A stretch of DNA of 64,000 nt, taken from positions 29,326,001 to 29,390,000 of the forward strand of contig OZ024758.1 in NCBI GenBank assembly GCA_964016885.1, read 5' to 3'. Position 1 is the first letter of the stretch; each line of letters starts with the position of its first letter. Position numbers and translations under genes: made by a program. This document shows positions 1 through 12,889 of the stretch, piece by piece. The notes under the pieces were generated by a model, which was given only the letters and a program-made list of their open reading frames with translations, ran no database searches and was not told where the DNA came from. This stretch comes from Eledone cirrhosa (taxonomy: Eukaryota).

Positions 1-142
1 TTTGCTTAAACTTTAATCTGTTATTTTAACAAATATTTGCTCTAGGGTTCTATATTTGATATATATTTATCCTTATTGAGCCTTCTTCGGATTTTAGTCT
101 TCACATTTATTATTATTACTATATTACTTATTATATATATAC

Positions 143-193
<51 letters not shown>

Positions 194-213
194 CAAACAC
201 ATATGGAACATAC

Positions 214-323
214 CACTTCTCCTGCAGCTGCAGCTATCATATAATTTATCGATGCCATCTTTGGCTCAAATGTCGTAGAAATGATTTCTTTAGTGAATTC
301 ATATGTGAGAAAGAACACAGATG
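214..323 (-). CDS. SLC25A26: Mitochondrial S-adenosylmethionine carrier, coding exon 3 (gene continues beyond left edge)
   Basis: AG acceptor at 325-324, GT donor at 213-212. 110 nt, phase 1 to 0, encodes (A)SVFFLTYEFTKEIISTTFEPKMASINYMIAAAAGEV, which matches the SAMC helix 2-3 region. Confidence 0.93.
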
Positions 324-1311
324 CTGAAATTAAAGTAAAAGAAATCCTGTAAGAACTAATTAAGCTGTGATGGTAAGGTAATGTTAATGTGAAAGCAGCA
401 GACAAAGTTTCAATCTAAAAGAATTACATTTTTATTAACTGGCCACTCATACTTATGTTACGGTATTGTTCTCAAAATGAATATCAAAATCTGGTAGATT
501 CAATATTATGTGAGATAATTATGTGAGGTAAAGCCTTTACCATGAAAATATAATAGCATATATAGAGTAATATAAATGGTAAAGGGTTATATAAACTGGC
601 TAAGAGTAATAAAATATGTAGATAGGGTTGGGGTCTATGAATGGAAGTATTTAACTAGAAGTTATTTCTTTAAGGTTCAATGCTCAGTGGTTAGAGAATT
701 GGATTCACAATCGTGAAGTAGTGAGTTCAATTTCTGGACCGAGTGTTGCATTATGTCCTTGAGCAAGACACTTCATTTCCCGTTGCTCTTTCTGTCAGGA
801 GTAGACAATATCAGAAATAGAAAAACTGATTTGATGAACACCATCACACTCGGTGAGCGAACGATGTCTGGGAACTTGTTGATCAATTCAAAGATTATTT
901 CATTATGGTGGTCTTCAAATGTAAAATGTGTTGGGTACCTATTTTCTGCCAGTAGCACCCTAAAAACAGATTAATGTACTTATTCACACAATGTAATCAG
1001 TCAGGATTACAGTTATACACCTGCACCCTAACTGTAAATGTTAGCTATTTCAAGAGAAAAGAGGTGCATTACCCTCTTGATTTTTCTAAAGAAATAAAAA
1101 GGATTCCTTTTACTACAGATTCTATCACTCATGCGATGATGTTTTATCTTTCAAATTTGAGTGTCCCCCTCTCTTTACAATCATGTTTCCTCATCACCGT
1201 GATAATTATATGGCTTTCTATAGTGGCATGGTAAAAACAAATTTATATACTGAATATCTAAAATGATATTGTATTTCTTTTTAAAAGAACAATGTCACAT
1301 GATTATAAATA

Positions 1312-2674
1312 AATTTAGAAGTGTAGCAATAGTATATTGTAGCAACGATAGAGATATTTAGAAGGGTAGCAATAGTATATTGTAGCAACGATAGAAATAT
1401 TTAGAAGGGTAGCAATGGTATATTGTAGCAAAGATAGAGATATTTAGAAGTGTAGCAATAGTATATTGTAGCAACGATAGACATATTTAGAAGGGTAGCA
1501 ATAGTATAGTGTAGCAACGATAGAGATATTTAGAAGGGTAGCAATGGTATATTGTAGCAAAGATAGAGATATTTAGAAGTGTAGCAATAGTATATTGTAG
1601 CAACGATAGACATATTTAGAAGGGTAGCAATAGTATAGTGTAGCAACGATAGAGATATTTAGAAGGGTAGCATTGATATATTGTAGCAAAGATAGAGATA
1701 TTTAGAAGGGTAGCAATAGAATATTGTAGTAAATCATCATCATCATCATCATCATCGTTTAATGTCCACCTTCCATGCTTGCATGGGTTTGGACGGGAAT
1801 TTTCCCACTTGAGGCAAGATTGGTTGTCCTGCTCGTATAGGACTGTCTGGCGGGTTTTCTACGGCTGGATGCCCTTCCTAACACCAACCACGTTTACAGT
1901 GTGGACTGGGAGGTTTTTACCGTGTTACCCACACGGCCACATTACAGCGTGGACTGTGTGTTTTTTTTGTCGTGACACCTTGATAGAGATATTTAGAAGG
2001 GTAGCAATAGTATATTGTGGTACAGATAGAGATATTTAGAAGGGTAGCAATAGTATATTGTAGTACAGATAGAGATATTTAGAAGGGTAGCAATAGTATA
2101 TTGTAGTACAGATAGAGATATTTAGAAGGGTAGCAATAGTATATTGTACCAAAGATAGAGATATTTAGAAGGGTAGCAATAGTATATTGTGGCAAAGATA
2201 GAGATATTTAGAAGGGTAGCAATAGTATATTGTAGCAAAGATAGAGATATTTAGAAGGGTAACAATAGTATATTGTAGTAAAGATAGAGATATTTAGAAG
2301 AGTAGCAATAGTATATTGTAGCAAAGACAGAGATATTTAGAAGGGTAGCAATGGTATATTGTAGTAAAGATAGAGATATTTAGAAGGGTAGCAATACTAT
2401 ATTGTAGCAAAGATAGAGATATTTAGAAGAGTAGCAATAGTATATTGTAGCAAAGATAGAGATATTTAGAAGGGTAGCAATGGTATATTGTAGTAAAGAC
2501 AGAGATATTTAGAAGGGTAGCAATAGTATATTGTAGCAAAGACAGAGATATTTAGAAGGGTAGCAATAGTATATTGTAGCAAAGATAGAGATATTTAGAA
2601 GGGTAGCAATAGTATATTGTAGTAAAGATAAAGATATTTAGAAGGGTAGCAATAGTATATTGTAGCAAAGACAG
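1312..2674. repeat. 43-bp minisatellite interrupted by a SINE 3' fragment (about 1735-1980)
   Basis: Unit ATTTAGAAGGGTAGCAATAGTATATTGTAGCAAAGATAGAGAT. The array ends about 10 nt from the SLC25A26 exon donor. Confidence 0.95.
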
Positions 2675-2686
2675 AAAAAAACAAAC

Positions 2687-2843
2687 CTTGTGGAGCAGAT
2701 CCAATAACTGCGGAGCCAAGCCCAGCATAAATTCCACGGAAACCACCTGATGCTTGAAATCCACGTTGGCTCTGCAAACGAGTCCGCATGGTGTCAAGTG
2801 GGAAAAGCAAAACATCTACAGATGTTCCAGCAGCACCACCAGC
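2687..2843 (-). CDS. SLC25A26: Mitochondrial SAM carrier, coding exon 2
   Basis: 157 nt between AG and GT. Encodes [52 protein letters not shown] with the carrier signature Px[DE]xx[KR] and SAMC-like sequence. Confidence 0.95.
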
Positions 2844-4436
2844 CTGGAATTGTAACAAATTATTATTATTATTAGAATTACTGTAAAGAGATGAGATTAA
2901 TAAAAAGTTGAAATTGTTCTGTTATGAAGCCTTTGTTAACCTTTTAGAATTTAAACCGGCCGTGTCCAGCCAGAATTCTTTCCCCTCATTCTGTTCAAAC
3001 CAGCCGTAACTGGCCGCTCATACTGATGTTAAGGTATTGTTCTCAAAATCTCGAAGATTCAATAAAAGCCTTTACCACAAAAATACAATATTATATATAG
3101 AGTAATATAAATGCTAGAGGGTTAAATAAACTTGAGTGTGCTGAGCTTGAATCCTACATGGGTGGGTTGAGAGGTTGGTTATGAATGAGTGATGCTAGAG
3201 CTGTGAAATCTTGGATGCATTAATTTTAATTTAGGGACTAACTATGTTGAAAAATAAACCTCATTTGGTCATTCCATGAGAGTATCTTGATCAGCCTATG
3301 AACTTTTCAGCTGACTCTCATAGATACAATAAAGTATGAGCATGTAGGGGTCATATGAATTAATGATTATCTGACCACCAGTCCAAACCACTGAAGTTGC
3401 TGGACTACTGATGGCCGGATTAATGAGGTCCAGCCTATACTGACAGTGGCTACACAAGCAACACCTCTCTGGGGTCCCACCCTGGTGGATGAACACACCA
3501 ACAGTGAATAAACTCAATAAGGAATCAATGGTCATCCATAAAACCTATAAATGGAGTAGGTCTCCAAGTCTTTTGAGTTTAGGCATTGCTGACTCCTGGC
3601 AAACCCTGCACTCATCTGTCTCTTTCAAACGTACTGACCTCACCTTACCCAGAGAGACCCACCATATCATCATCATCATCAATTTATGTCCGCTTTTCCC
3701 TGCTTGCACGGGTGGGACGGGAACTGATTCTGGCTTGATTTCTACAGCTGGATGCCCTTCCTAACACCAACCTCATTTACAGTGAGTGCTGGGTGCTTTT
3801 TAATTTTCCATGGCCCCTACACAACCACTTTACAGTGAGTGCTGGGTGCTTTTTTCCGTGGTGCCTACACATCCACTTTACAGTGGAATGATATGGACCC
3901 CAGTCCTATTATCTCATTTCTACAGCTGAGTAAACTGGAGCAATGTGAAATAAAGTGTCTTGCTCAAGGAAACAACACATCACCCAGTCTGAGAATTGAA
4001 CTCACAACTTTCGATTGCAAGGCCAATGCTCTAACCATTAAGCCATGTGCCTCCATATATACTTGAATATAAGCCAAGGAATATGTGACCAAAAAGTCAA
4101 TGGTAAAATGTGTGTGTGTATGTGGTGGGGGTTGGCTTATATACACCAATGTGTTGATCAGCTGCCTCGGCTTATAAATGGGGTTTGGATTTTTGCCCAT
4201 TTCTCAGACATAAAATAGGGGGTGTATTCGAGTATATACAGTGAGAGAAGTCCCTTCATAAATGCAAGGACCACTCATATTTACATATGATTTATAACAC
4301 ATAAGCACATAGTTTTAGAATGTCTACTTGTGGAAGTGAAAGGCCAGAGAGGAATTACATTCAAATGTTAACATAAAAGTTATTGTTGTTAAACAAATAC
4401 TAACTCAAAGAAAATCAATGAGAATTGCAAAGAAAG

Positions 4437-6064
4437 CAAACTGGCTGTAACCAGCTGCTCATACATAAATTAAGGTATTGTTCTCAAAATAAATAATATC
4501 AAAATCTTATAGATTCAATATTATGTGAGGTAAAGCCTTTACTGTGTAAATACAATAGTATATATAGAGTAATGTAAATGTTATGTGAGGTAAAGCCTTT
4601 ACTGTGAAAATACAATAGTATATATAGAGTAATGTAAATGTTATGTGAGATATTATGTGAGGTAAAGCCCTTACTGTGAAAATACAATAGTATATATAGA
4701 GTAATGTAAATGTTATGTGAGGTAAAGCCTTTACTGTGAAAATACAATAGTATATATAGAGTAATGTAAATGTTATGTGAGGTAAAGCCCTTACTGTGAA
4801 AATACAATAGTATATATAGAGTAATGTAAATGTTATGTGAGGTAAAGCCTTTACTGTGAAAATACAATAGTATATATAGAGTAATGTAAATGTTATGTGA
4901 GATATTATGTGAGGTAAAGCCTTTACTGTGAATATACAATAGTATATATAGAGTAATGTAAATGTTATGTGAGATATTATGTGAGGTAAAGCCTTTACTG
5001 TGAAAATACAATAGTATATATAGAGTAATGTAAATGTTATGAGATATTATGTGAGGTAAAGCCTTTACTGTGAAAATACAATAGTATATATAGAGTAATG
5101 TAAATGTTATGAGATATTATGTAAGGTAAAGCCTTTACTGTGACAATGCAATAGTATATATAGAGTAATGTAAATGTTATGTGAGATATTATGTGAGGTA
5201 AAGCCCTTACTGTGAAAATACAATAGTATATATAGAGTAATGTAAATGTTATGTGAGATAAAGCCCTTACTGTGAAAATACAATAGTATATATAGAGTAA
5301 TGTAAATGTTATGTGAGATATTATGTGAGATAAAGCCCTTACTGTGAAAATACAATAGTATATATATAGAGTAATGTAAATGTTATGTGAGATAAAGCCT
5401 TTACTGTGAAAATACAATAGTATATATAGAGTAATGTAAATGTTATGTGAGATAAAGCCCTTACTGTGAAAATACAATAGTATATATAGAGTAATGTAAA
5501 TGTTATGTGAGATATTATGTGAGATAAAGCCCTTACTGTGAAAATACAATAGTATATATAGAGTAATGTAAATGTTATGTGAGATAAAGCCTTTACTGTG
5601 AAAATACAATAGTATATATAGAGTAATGTTAATGTTATGTGAGATATTATGTGAGGTAAAGCCTTTATTGTGAAATACAATAGTATATATAGAGTAATGT
5701 AAATGTTATGTGAGGTAAAGCCCTTACTGTGAAAATGCAATAGTATATATAGAGTATATATATGTTATGTGAGATATTATGTGAGGTAAAGCCTTTACTG
5801 TGAAAATACAATAGTATATATAGAGTAATGTAAATGTTATGTGAGATATTATGTGAGGTAAAGCCTTTACTGTGAAAATACAATAGTATATATAGAGTAA
5901 TGTAAATGTTATGTGAGATATTATGTGAGGTAAAGCCTTTACTGTGAAAATACAATAGTATATATAGAGTAATGCAAATGCTATGTGAGATATTATGTGA
6001 GGTAAAGCCTTTACTGTGAAAATACAATAGTATATATAGAGTAATGTAAATGTTAAAGGGTTAA
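4437..6064. repeat. piggyBac-type MITE with internal 60/73-bp tandem array
   Basis: Unit GTAAAGCCTTTACTGTGAAAATACAATAGTATATATAGAGTAATGTAAATGTTATGTGAG, with an optional extra ATATTATGTGAG-type segment. Ends AAAGGG-TTAA. Confidence 0.9.
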
Positions 6065-6345
6065 AGTCTATCCCCCCCCCCCCCAAAAAAAAATGGACGA
6101 TGTTGAAGGTGGATGATGATGATAATGATGAATAAAAAGAGTACCATATATACATGAATATAAGCCGAGGAACATGTCACCAATAAATCGATGGTAAAAT
6201 GGGAGGTTGGTTTATATCCACCAGCTAAACAATATGTTGATTAGCTGCCTCAGTTTATAAATGGGGTTTGGATTTTCACCTATTTCTGAAATAAAATAGG
6301 AGTGTCAGCATATATTTGAGTATATAATGTAATTACATGACTTAC

Positions 6346-6387
6346 CAACAAACTAATAATTGTTGAAAAATTTGAATTTGGATTCAT
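6346..6387 (-). CDS. SLC25A26: Mitochondrial SAM carrier, coding exon 1 (MNPNSNFSTIISLL)
   Basis: ATG at 6387-6385, GTAAG donor at 6345, phase 0 joins to AGGAAG. An upstream polypyrimidine/AG acceptor at 6413-6414 implies a non-coding exon further 5'. Confidence 0.8.
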
Positions 6388-7062
6388 TTTCCCAAAGTTT
6401 GGATTTTAAAAACTAAAATAAAGAAAATAAAAATGAATATAAAAATATCAAAAATAAATACGGACATTTTCATTTACTAAACTTATAAATAATTTACATA
6501 TTCTTATGATTCACAAGATCCCAGAACTCATTCGATTAATGAATGAAGTGGAACTCGTCAAATTGGACCAAGGAATCACTGTTTTCAATGATCTTTTCAA
6601 TTGCTAGTACTATCTGCCAGTCACAAATCCAGGCAGAAGGAGCAACGCGAAATAAAGTGTCTTGCTCAAGGACATAACACATCACCCAGTCTGGGAATCA
6701 AACTCACAATCTCACGATTGCGAATCCAATTCTCTAACCACTCAGCCACGAATCTTCACAATAATACTTTTATCTTGAAAATATCTATTAATTGTGTCTT
6801 GTTTCTTATATTTCAAAAACATTGTCTGACTTTCAAATATTAGTAGTGTTTCTATTATCTCTTGTCCTCTATTTTATTGACACTTATTTTAACAACTTTA
6901 AAAGAACGAAAGACAAATTCAATCCAAACAGGATTGGGGAACATAGGACATTGAGAAACAAAATTAAATATAGTTAATGTATTTTGTTTTTTTCTGTATC
7001 ACTTTCTGTAAGTTCTCTTCTGTATCACCTTATTACTAACATAGTATGCATGGTCCTGTAAC

Positions 7063-7780
7063 TTGGAATTCGCATCATCAGTCTGGAACCCCTATCTTGC
7101 TCAGAACATTGACCTCCTGGAAACTGTTCAGAGACGTGCAACCAAGCGCATACCCTCCATCAGACACCTACCATACTCTGAACGCCTTGCTTCCCTGGGC
7201 ATGGATTCATTGAAGCTCCGACATCTGGCAATGGACTTGGTGAATACCCACAAAGTTTTTAACCATCTCGCCAATTGCAACCCTGAGCGCCTCTTTGATC
7301 TCCATGTGTCTAACACACGTGGACATGCCTACAAGATCAGAAAACAGCACAGCTCCCATGACTTTCGTAGACATTTTTTCACGCTCAGAGTTGCTGAAGC
7401 ATGGAACAAACTGCCTGCGTCAATTGTTAGCTGCTGAGGCACTGCATCCTTTAAGACACTCATGCTTCCCGAAATACACCAAAACTACACCTGATGTACC
7501 CCTTCCATACACATGCACACGTGTGTATCACGACTCGTGCACTGTTCATTTTACTGATGTTTGTGCATTGCCCTATGTACTGTACATGCACTTTTTTGAT
7601 GAGTTGTGGTGCACCTGGGCACTGTACACAATATTTCATTATTGTTATTGTTATTATATCATGACTCATACACTGTTCATTTTCCTGACACTTTATTATT
7701 CTATGTACTATACATGCACCTTTGATGAGTTGTAGTGCACCTGAGCACTGTACACAATAATTTTATTATTATTATTATTA
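7063..7780 (+). mobile_element. 5'-truncated CR1/L2-group LINE 3' end with duplicated 3'UTR and (ATT)n tail
   Basis: Encodes LEFASSVWNPY..IDLLETVQRRATK...RGH...FFTLRVAEAWNKLP, a typical CR1-group RT C-terminus. 7530-7655 is repeated at 7661-7780. Confidence 0.88.
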
Positions 7781-8329
7781 TAATTATAGGAATGCTGTAT
7801 TGATAGCATTTCTAGGGCATTTTAAGCCTGGCAATCTCCTCTCCATACAGTTGAAATCCTACATCTTCCAATCTCTCAATTAAATCTATCCACAAAACCT
7901 CCTTCCATAATTTTGTTAAGTAATGTTCCAAACATCAGCTTAATAATTGTTTCTACTTTTGGCACAAGGCCAGCAATTATCCCAGTGTATTACTGGTACT
8001 TTATTTTATCGACCCCGTAAGGATGAAAGGCAAAGTTAACCTCAGCGCAGCTTAATAATGAAGTTAAGTTATTAAATTCCTCTAAGTTTCTCCTCCTTCT
8101 CTGGACACTTATTCCAGGGAGAGTCCTTAAACACTCCTTTTGTGGGTCCTTTCAGAAGTAACTGTCTCCAATGAACTCAGCTATATCCCCAAGCAAGACC
8201 AGCCAAGTTCATGGATGTTATCCAACGATCTTGCTCAGGGTGTACACCTGGGTCTCCTGCCAGTTAGTTTTACCCATAAAATCTGTTCAATGATTCTTTC
8301 CTTAGACATCCTAACCACATGTCCATAGT

Positions 8330-8994
8330 TGTAGCGAAATCTATCTGCACCTTGAACCTTGGGTGACACCTAAAGGTCAAATTCTGGGTCTGATGCGTTG
8401 GCTATCCCCTCAAGGTGGGAGCCAGGAAGTGACAGCTATATATAGAGCCTGTATCATCCTACTTTAGCCAGAGACATTGGAGCATTACGCTAGCAACTAA
8501 CTATATTCACTGCTATCAACAGACCCCAGTGGTCTACAGAAATAGAGACATCGGAGCACCCCACTACAGAACAAGCTATGTGAAAGATTCACGACTATCA
8601 ACAGACCCCATGAGGTCCACAGATACACACAGAGATTGGAACCCTACTACTACAGACCATGTACAAGCTACAGTGGTCTACAACCAATTACAGACCATTC
8701 AGATGTATACAAACCATTACTCTCTCTCACTCACTATGGCCTCAACTATTACCACGGACTCCAACAACAACAACATTATCTGTTCGCTCACTGTTTTCAC
8801 AACAACAACAAAATTAACAACTCTTGGTAACTGTTTTATTGTACTTTTTAATTGATTCACGTGAAGTAAACCATATATAAACTAAAATCATTTATTCTTA
8901 TTATTATAATTGTTATTTCATCTAACAACTTTGTTATAATCATTTCTAATAACCACATATAACCATCTTATTACATATTTTAACCCTTCGTTAA
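8330..8994. mobile_element. Probable solo LTR inserted into an old RTE relic
   Basis: Starts TGTAGCGAA and ends TTCGTTAA (degenerate inverted end). 5-bp TSD ATAGT at 8325-8329 and 8995-8999. The flanks rejoin into an RTE relic similar to 47790-47940. TATA-like motif at about 8437. Confidence 0.65.
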
Positions 8995-9963
8995 ATAGTA
9001 TCGGAGCTGTGATCTCTCAATTTGAAGAAGTACTAGCTCTAGTGACTCTCTGATCAGGCTACACACTCTATTGAATAACATTGGCAGTATCGGTAGAGGG
9101 TCGGACGCCATGCTTTCCAGCATAGTTACGTCCCTTTACGATCTGAGTTCAAATTCCGCTGAGGTTAACTTTGCCTTTCATCCTTACTGGGTCGATAGAA
9201 TAAAGTACCAGTAATGCACTGGATATTTGCTGGCCTTGTGCCTAAAGTAGAAACAATTATTCCCAAGACAGTTCGGAGGAACCCCCATTTCAGCCATTTG
9301 TATTTGTGATAATATTTTTTGGTCATTTCACATGATTCATTACCATAGGTAAGGGTTGACTTTTACACCTACTTCCTTTCTGATGACCGAATGTTGGAGC
9401 TGGTGCATTATTGCACCAGCTCCTGCAATTCTTGCATTTAATTTAGCCTCCTACCTACTTCCATCACCCGTGAATATGGTTCAGAGATACTTGAACTTCT
9501 CCACATGCTTCAGTTTTTCCTTATTGTGAAAATTAACAGAAACACATGGGCTGTGTATTTCTTTAGAAATATAGTAACATTTAGTAGCATTTAAACTGGC
9601 TGTATCCGGCCAGAATTCTCTCACTTATCGCTGTTCAAACCAGCCATAATCAGCCACTCATACCAAAATAAATAACATAGAAATTTTGTAGATTTGATAT
9701 TATGTAGATAATTATGTGAGGTAAAGCGTTTGCTGTGAAAATTCAATAATAAATATAGAGTAATGTAAATGCTAAAGGGTTAAAATAAAACATTATAAAT
9801 ACTTTGTCACATATGGCTGCAGAAAATTTTGAAAAGGTCAAAATTCTATGCTTGAAACAACCAGCTGAATATGTCTGGTTATATCAAAGCATCATCAAAA
9901 ATAAAATATTACAACTAAGAAATTTGTTTTGATTTTTTTTTTCGTTTTGGTTTTTTATCTCCA

Positions 9964-10226
9964 GAATATATGCGCAGCAAGTTCAGATGGGCTGGGCACG
10001 TCGCCCGGTTCACCGATAATCGGTGGAACCGCGCAGTTGCCGAGTGGTACCCGCGCGAGCGGAAAGGACCACCCGGAAGGCCTCCACGAAGGTGGAGTTA
10101 CGATTTTAGGAATACGATTGGGATTACATGGATGAGGAAAGCACGATCCAGAGAGGAATGGACGGCGTGCTGTGACGCCTAATGGACGCCCGACAGACTG
10201 GTCGGTCGAGGTGATCAAGGTGATCT
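9964..10226 (+). mobile_element. RTE-clade LINE 3' fragment (GC-rich, young-looking)
   Basis: Encodes KFRWAGHVARFTDNRWNRAVAEWYPRERKGPPGRPPRRW, with a short GTGATC repeat tail. Confidence 0.85.
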
Positions 10227-10835
10227 CCGAAAAAGCTGTAACAGAAACATTCAATATTACTCGGACTTTTCATTCTGTCCCTATGGGTTAATGTTAGGAG
10301 TGAAGACAATTCCCAGAGGGGGCAGGTCCAAGCCTTCACCAGCTTTCCCACTATTTTTCGGGGGAAAAAGTCCTTTGCAGCATGTTCGGGGGTAAGATTA
10401 ATTGGTTGCACGCGAAAAAACCTAGGGAAAATAAAATGGTAAAGAAAACTCTGTGTGGGTGGATTTAAAGGCCCGAGGCTCCCCCTCCTTTTTCCGGGGT
10501 AAAAAACCCTTAGCACCATATTTGGAGGTGAGTTTAATTGATAACACACAAAAGAAAAACCGAAGAAACAAAATTATTTCCGACTGCTGAATATTTTTCA
10601 CATTTCAAAAGTTTTTCCGTGGGGTTTACTAATTATACAGCCATTTGTCTTTTTTGTATAGGAAGCACATCTTTTCAAGGAGGTCATAGGTCATGCGACT
10701 TTTCCTGGCCATTTCTATAAAACTGTTGTTAGTGTGTGTATGTACGCATACGCACACATATATATAAATACAAACACACACACACGAATGTGTATAAGAT
10801 CTGTTGAATTAGAACTTATCTAAAATAAAGTATAT

Positions 10836-10905
10836 CCTGGAATGGACATCACTAATGTTTCATGGGGTCATTACCCCATGAAACATTAGTGATGTCCATT
10901 CCAGG
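10836..10905. repeat. Perfect 33-bp inverted repeat with 4-nt loop
   Basis: CCTGGAATGGACATCACTAATGTTTCATGGGGT-CATT-ACCCCATGAAACATTAGTGATGTCCATTCCAGG. Confidence 0.95.
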
Positions 10906-11192
10906 GGAAGTATCTTTCTACATTCAGTGAAGTCGAGCCATAAAACAATCTGTGAATTGATATAAATAGATACATATTTCAACCCGACCGCAATTAGGTG
11001 GTGTTGAACGAAAAAAAAAAAATGACTATCACTCATCTGCGAAGGTCATAGGAACTGTTCGTCTCCACTGACCAAACCATCAAAAGAAGGCGGTCCATGG
11101 ACAATTTAAAAGCAATAAACAAGACACGAATAGATAATAATGAAAAACTAAATATAATAAACATATTTTACAAACATTTTCTTTATCCTTAC

Positions 11193-11763
11193 TGGTAGCG
11201 GCGTGCCTCAAGTAATAATCGTTTTTCGTGACTCCTTAAAAGATAAACTAGGTAGAGCAATTTATAATATATGACACATTAATGTAGTCGATACATTGAC
11301 TTGCTCGAGGTTACAACAATTATAATTGAAAGATAGTAATGAATTAAAATATTGTATTTTAGTTTTGTGTGTAACTAAATACCGCATGTTGTCGGTACTC
11401 GAACTTAGTTAATTTCGCTCACATGTTGTGGTAAACATAGGCGGTGTCTTACAATTAAGTCCCTCTTTGATTTTTCTTTAATTGATTAGGTTTATTCCAT
11501 TCGTCGTTGATGAGTAGACTTACGTAAGAAAACATCCTAATATTTATAATGATTTCTCGTATAGGCACAAGGCCAGTAATTTTTGGGGGGGGGGGGAGTC
11601 AATTAAATCGATCTAGTACATTACTGGTACTTATTTTATCGACAATGAAACGATGAAAGCCAAAGCTAACCTCGGTGGGATTTGAACTCATATATAATAA
11701 TAATAATTGTTTCTACTTTAGGCACAAGGCCAGCAAATACTCAGTACATTACTGGTATTCTAT

Positions 11764-11798
<35 letters not shown>

Positions 11799-12764
11799 TG
11801 TTTCTACTTTTGGCACAAGGCCAGCAATTACCCAAATAATAATTGTTTCTACATTTGGCACAGGGCCAGCAATTACTCAGTGTATTACTGGTACTTTATT
11901 TTATCGAGACCCTGTAAGAATGAAAGGAACAGTTAACCTCGGCAGGATTTGAACTCATATATAATAATAATAATAATATATATATATAATTCTTAAAATA
12001 AATTGATTGGTGCCGCGTTGTACAGTAGTGCCCGCTTGTTTACCACCGTTAGCTTGGCGTTAGGCATTTAATACTTTTTAACTCCTAATATGGTTTAGTT
12101 GAACATATCTAAAAGCGGGTTTGTTAATTCAAATGTTTGTAGTATCTTTCTTTACTAGTGGACAGATCATTGCGAAAATGTGCAGTAATCTGAGTAAACA
12201 CTAATTATATAACGTGATACAGTCATAGAACTGTTTTGTATTTTTGAAGATTATCTTGTTAATGTGGTTTCGTGTGGTACAGGACGTAAATGATTTATAC
12301 TTTCGAAGATTAGCTTGCTAATGGGGTTTCGTGTGGCACAGGACGTAAATAATTAACAACAAACTTTGTTTTCCCACTACATGTCTGCTTTAGTTCGGTG
12401 TTAATAAATAAAAAAAATCTGCAAGAGAAAAGTTTATTTAGATAGTGTTTCTTTCAAATTATTAGTCTATCTTAAAAAATGATTTTTCTACTTTTGGCAA
12501 AAGGCCAGCAATTCCCCTATTGCACTACTGGTGCTTTATTTTATCGACCCCCGTAAGTATCAGAGGCAAAGCTAATCTCGGCGGAATTTGAACTCAGAAC
12601 GTAAAGGACCACAACTCTATGATGAAAAGCATTGAACAAACAGCCTGAAAAAGATAAATGCTAACGGGATGTTTAATGCTATTCGATGTTCATAACTGAG
12701 AGGACACATTGACAAGTGACACCGGTTTATTGAGCTAACAACATTTGATTTCAACGAGGAGAAA
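11193..12764. promoter_or_regulatory. Putative bidirectional promoter and 5'UTR region between SLC25A26 and the plus-strand gene
   Basis: Minus-strand CAG|GTAAG donor at 11193/11192 (candidate non-coding exon 1 of SLC25A26). Locally CpG-richer patches at about 11200-11520 and 12010-12060. Plus-strand ATG at 12765. Confidence 0.45.
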
Positions 12765-12889
12765 ATGTCTACATCAGGCATAGAAGTGCGACGTCCCTAT
12801 CCAAGTGTAGCTACAATATGGGTAGCCGAACTTTTAGCTGCAGCAAACAAGCAAGTGGATGATGTAGAAAACAGGAAAACTTACGAAAG
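12765..12889 (+). CDS. Uncharacterised Lys-rich protein (399 aa), exon 1
   Basis: AAAATG start, encodes MSTSGIEVRRPYPSVATIWVAELLAAANKQVDDVENRKTYE, AG|GTAAAT donor in phase 2. Confidence 0.75.

Noticed and set aside
76-327. 83-aa ORF with a YI repeat
   Set aside because: (TA)n microsatellite plus the antisense of an SLC25A26 exon.
8330-9063. Longer LTR bounded by TGTAGC...GCTACA
   Set aside because: There is no TSD at 9063, and 8995-9055 belongs to the interrupted RTE relic. The boundary at 8994 fits better.
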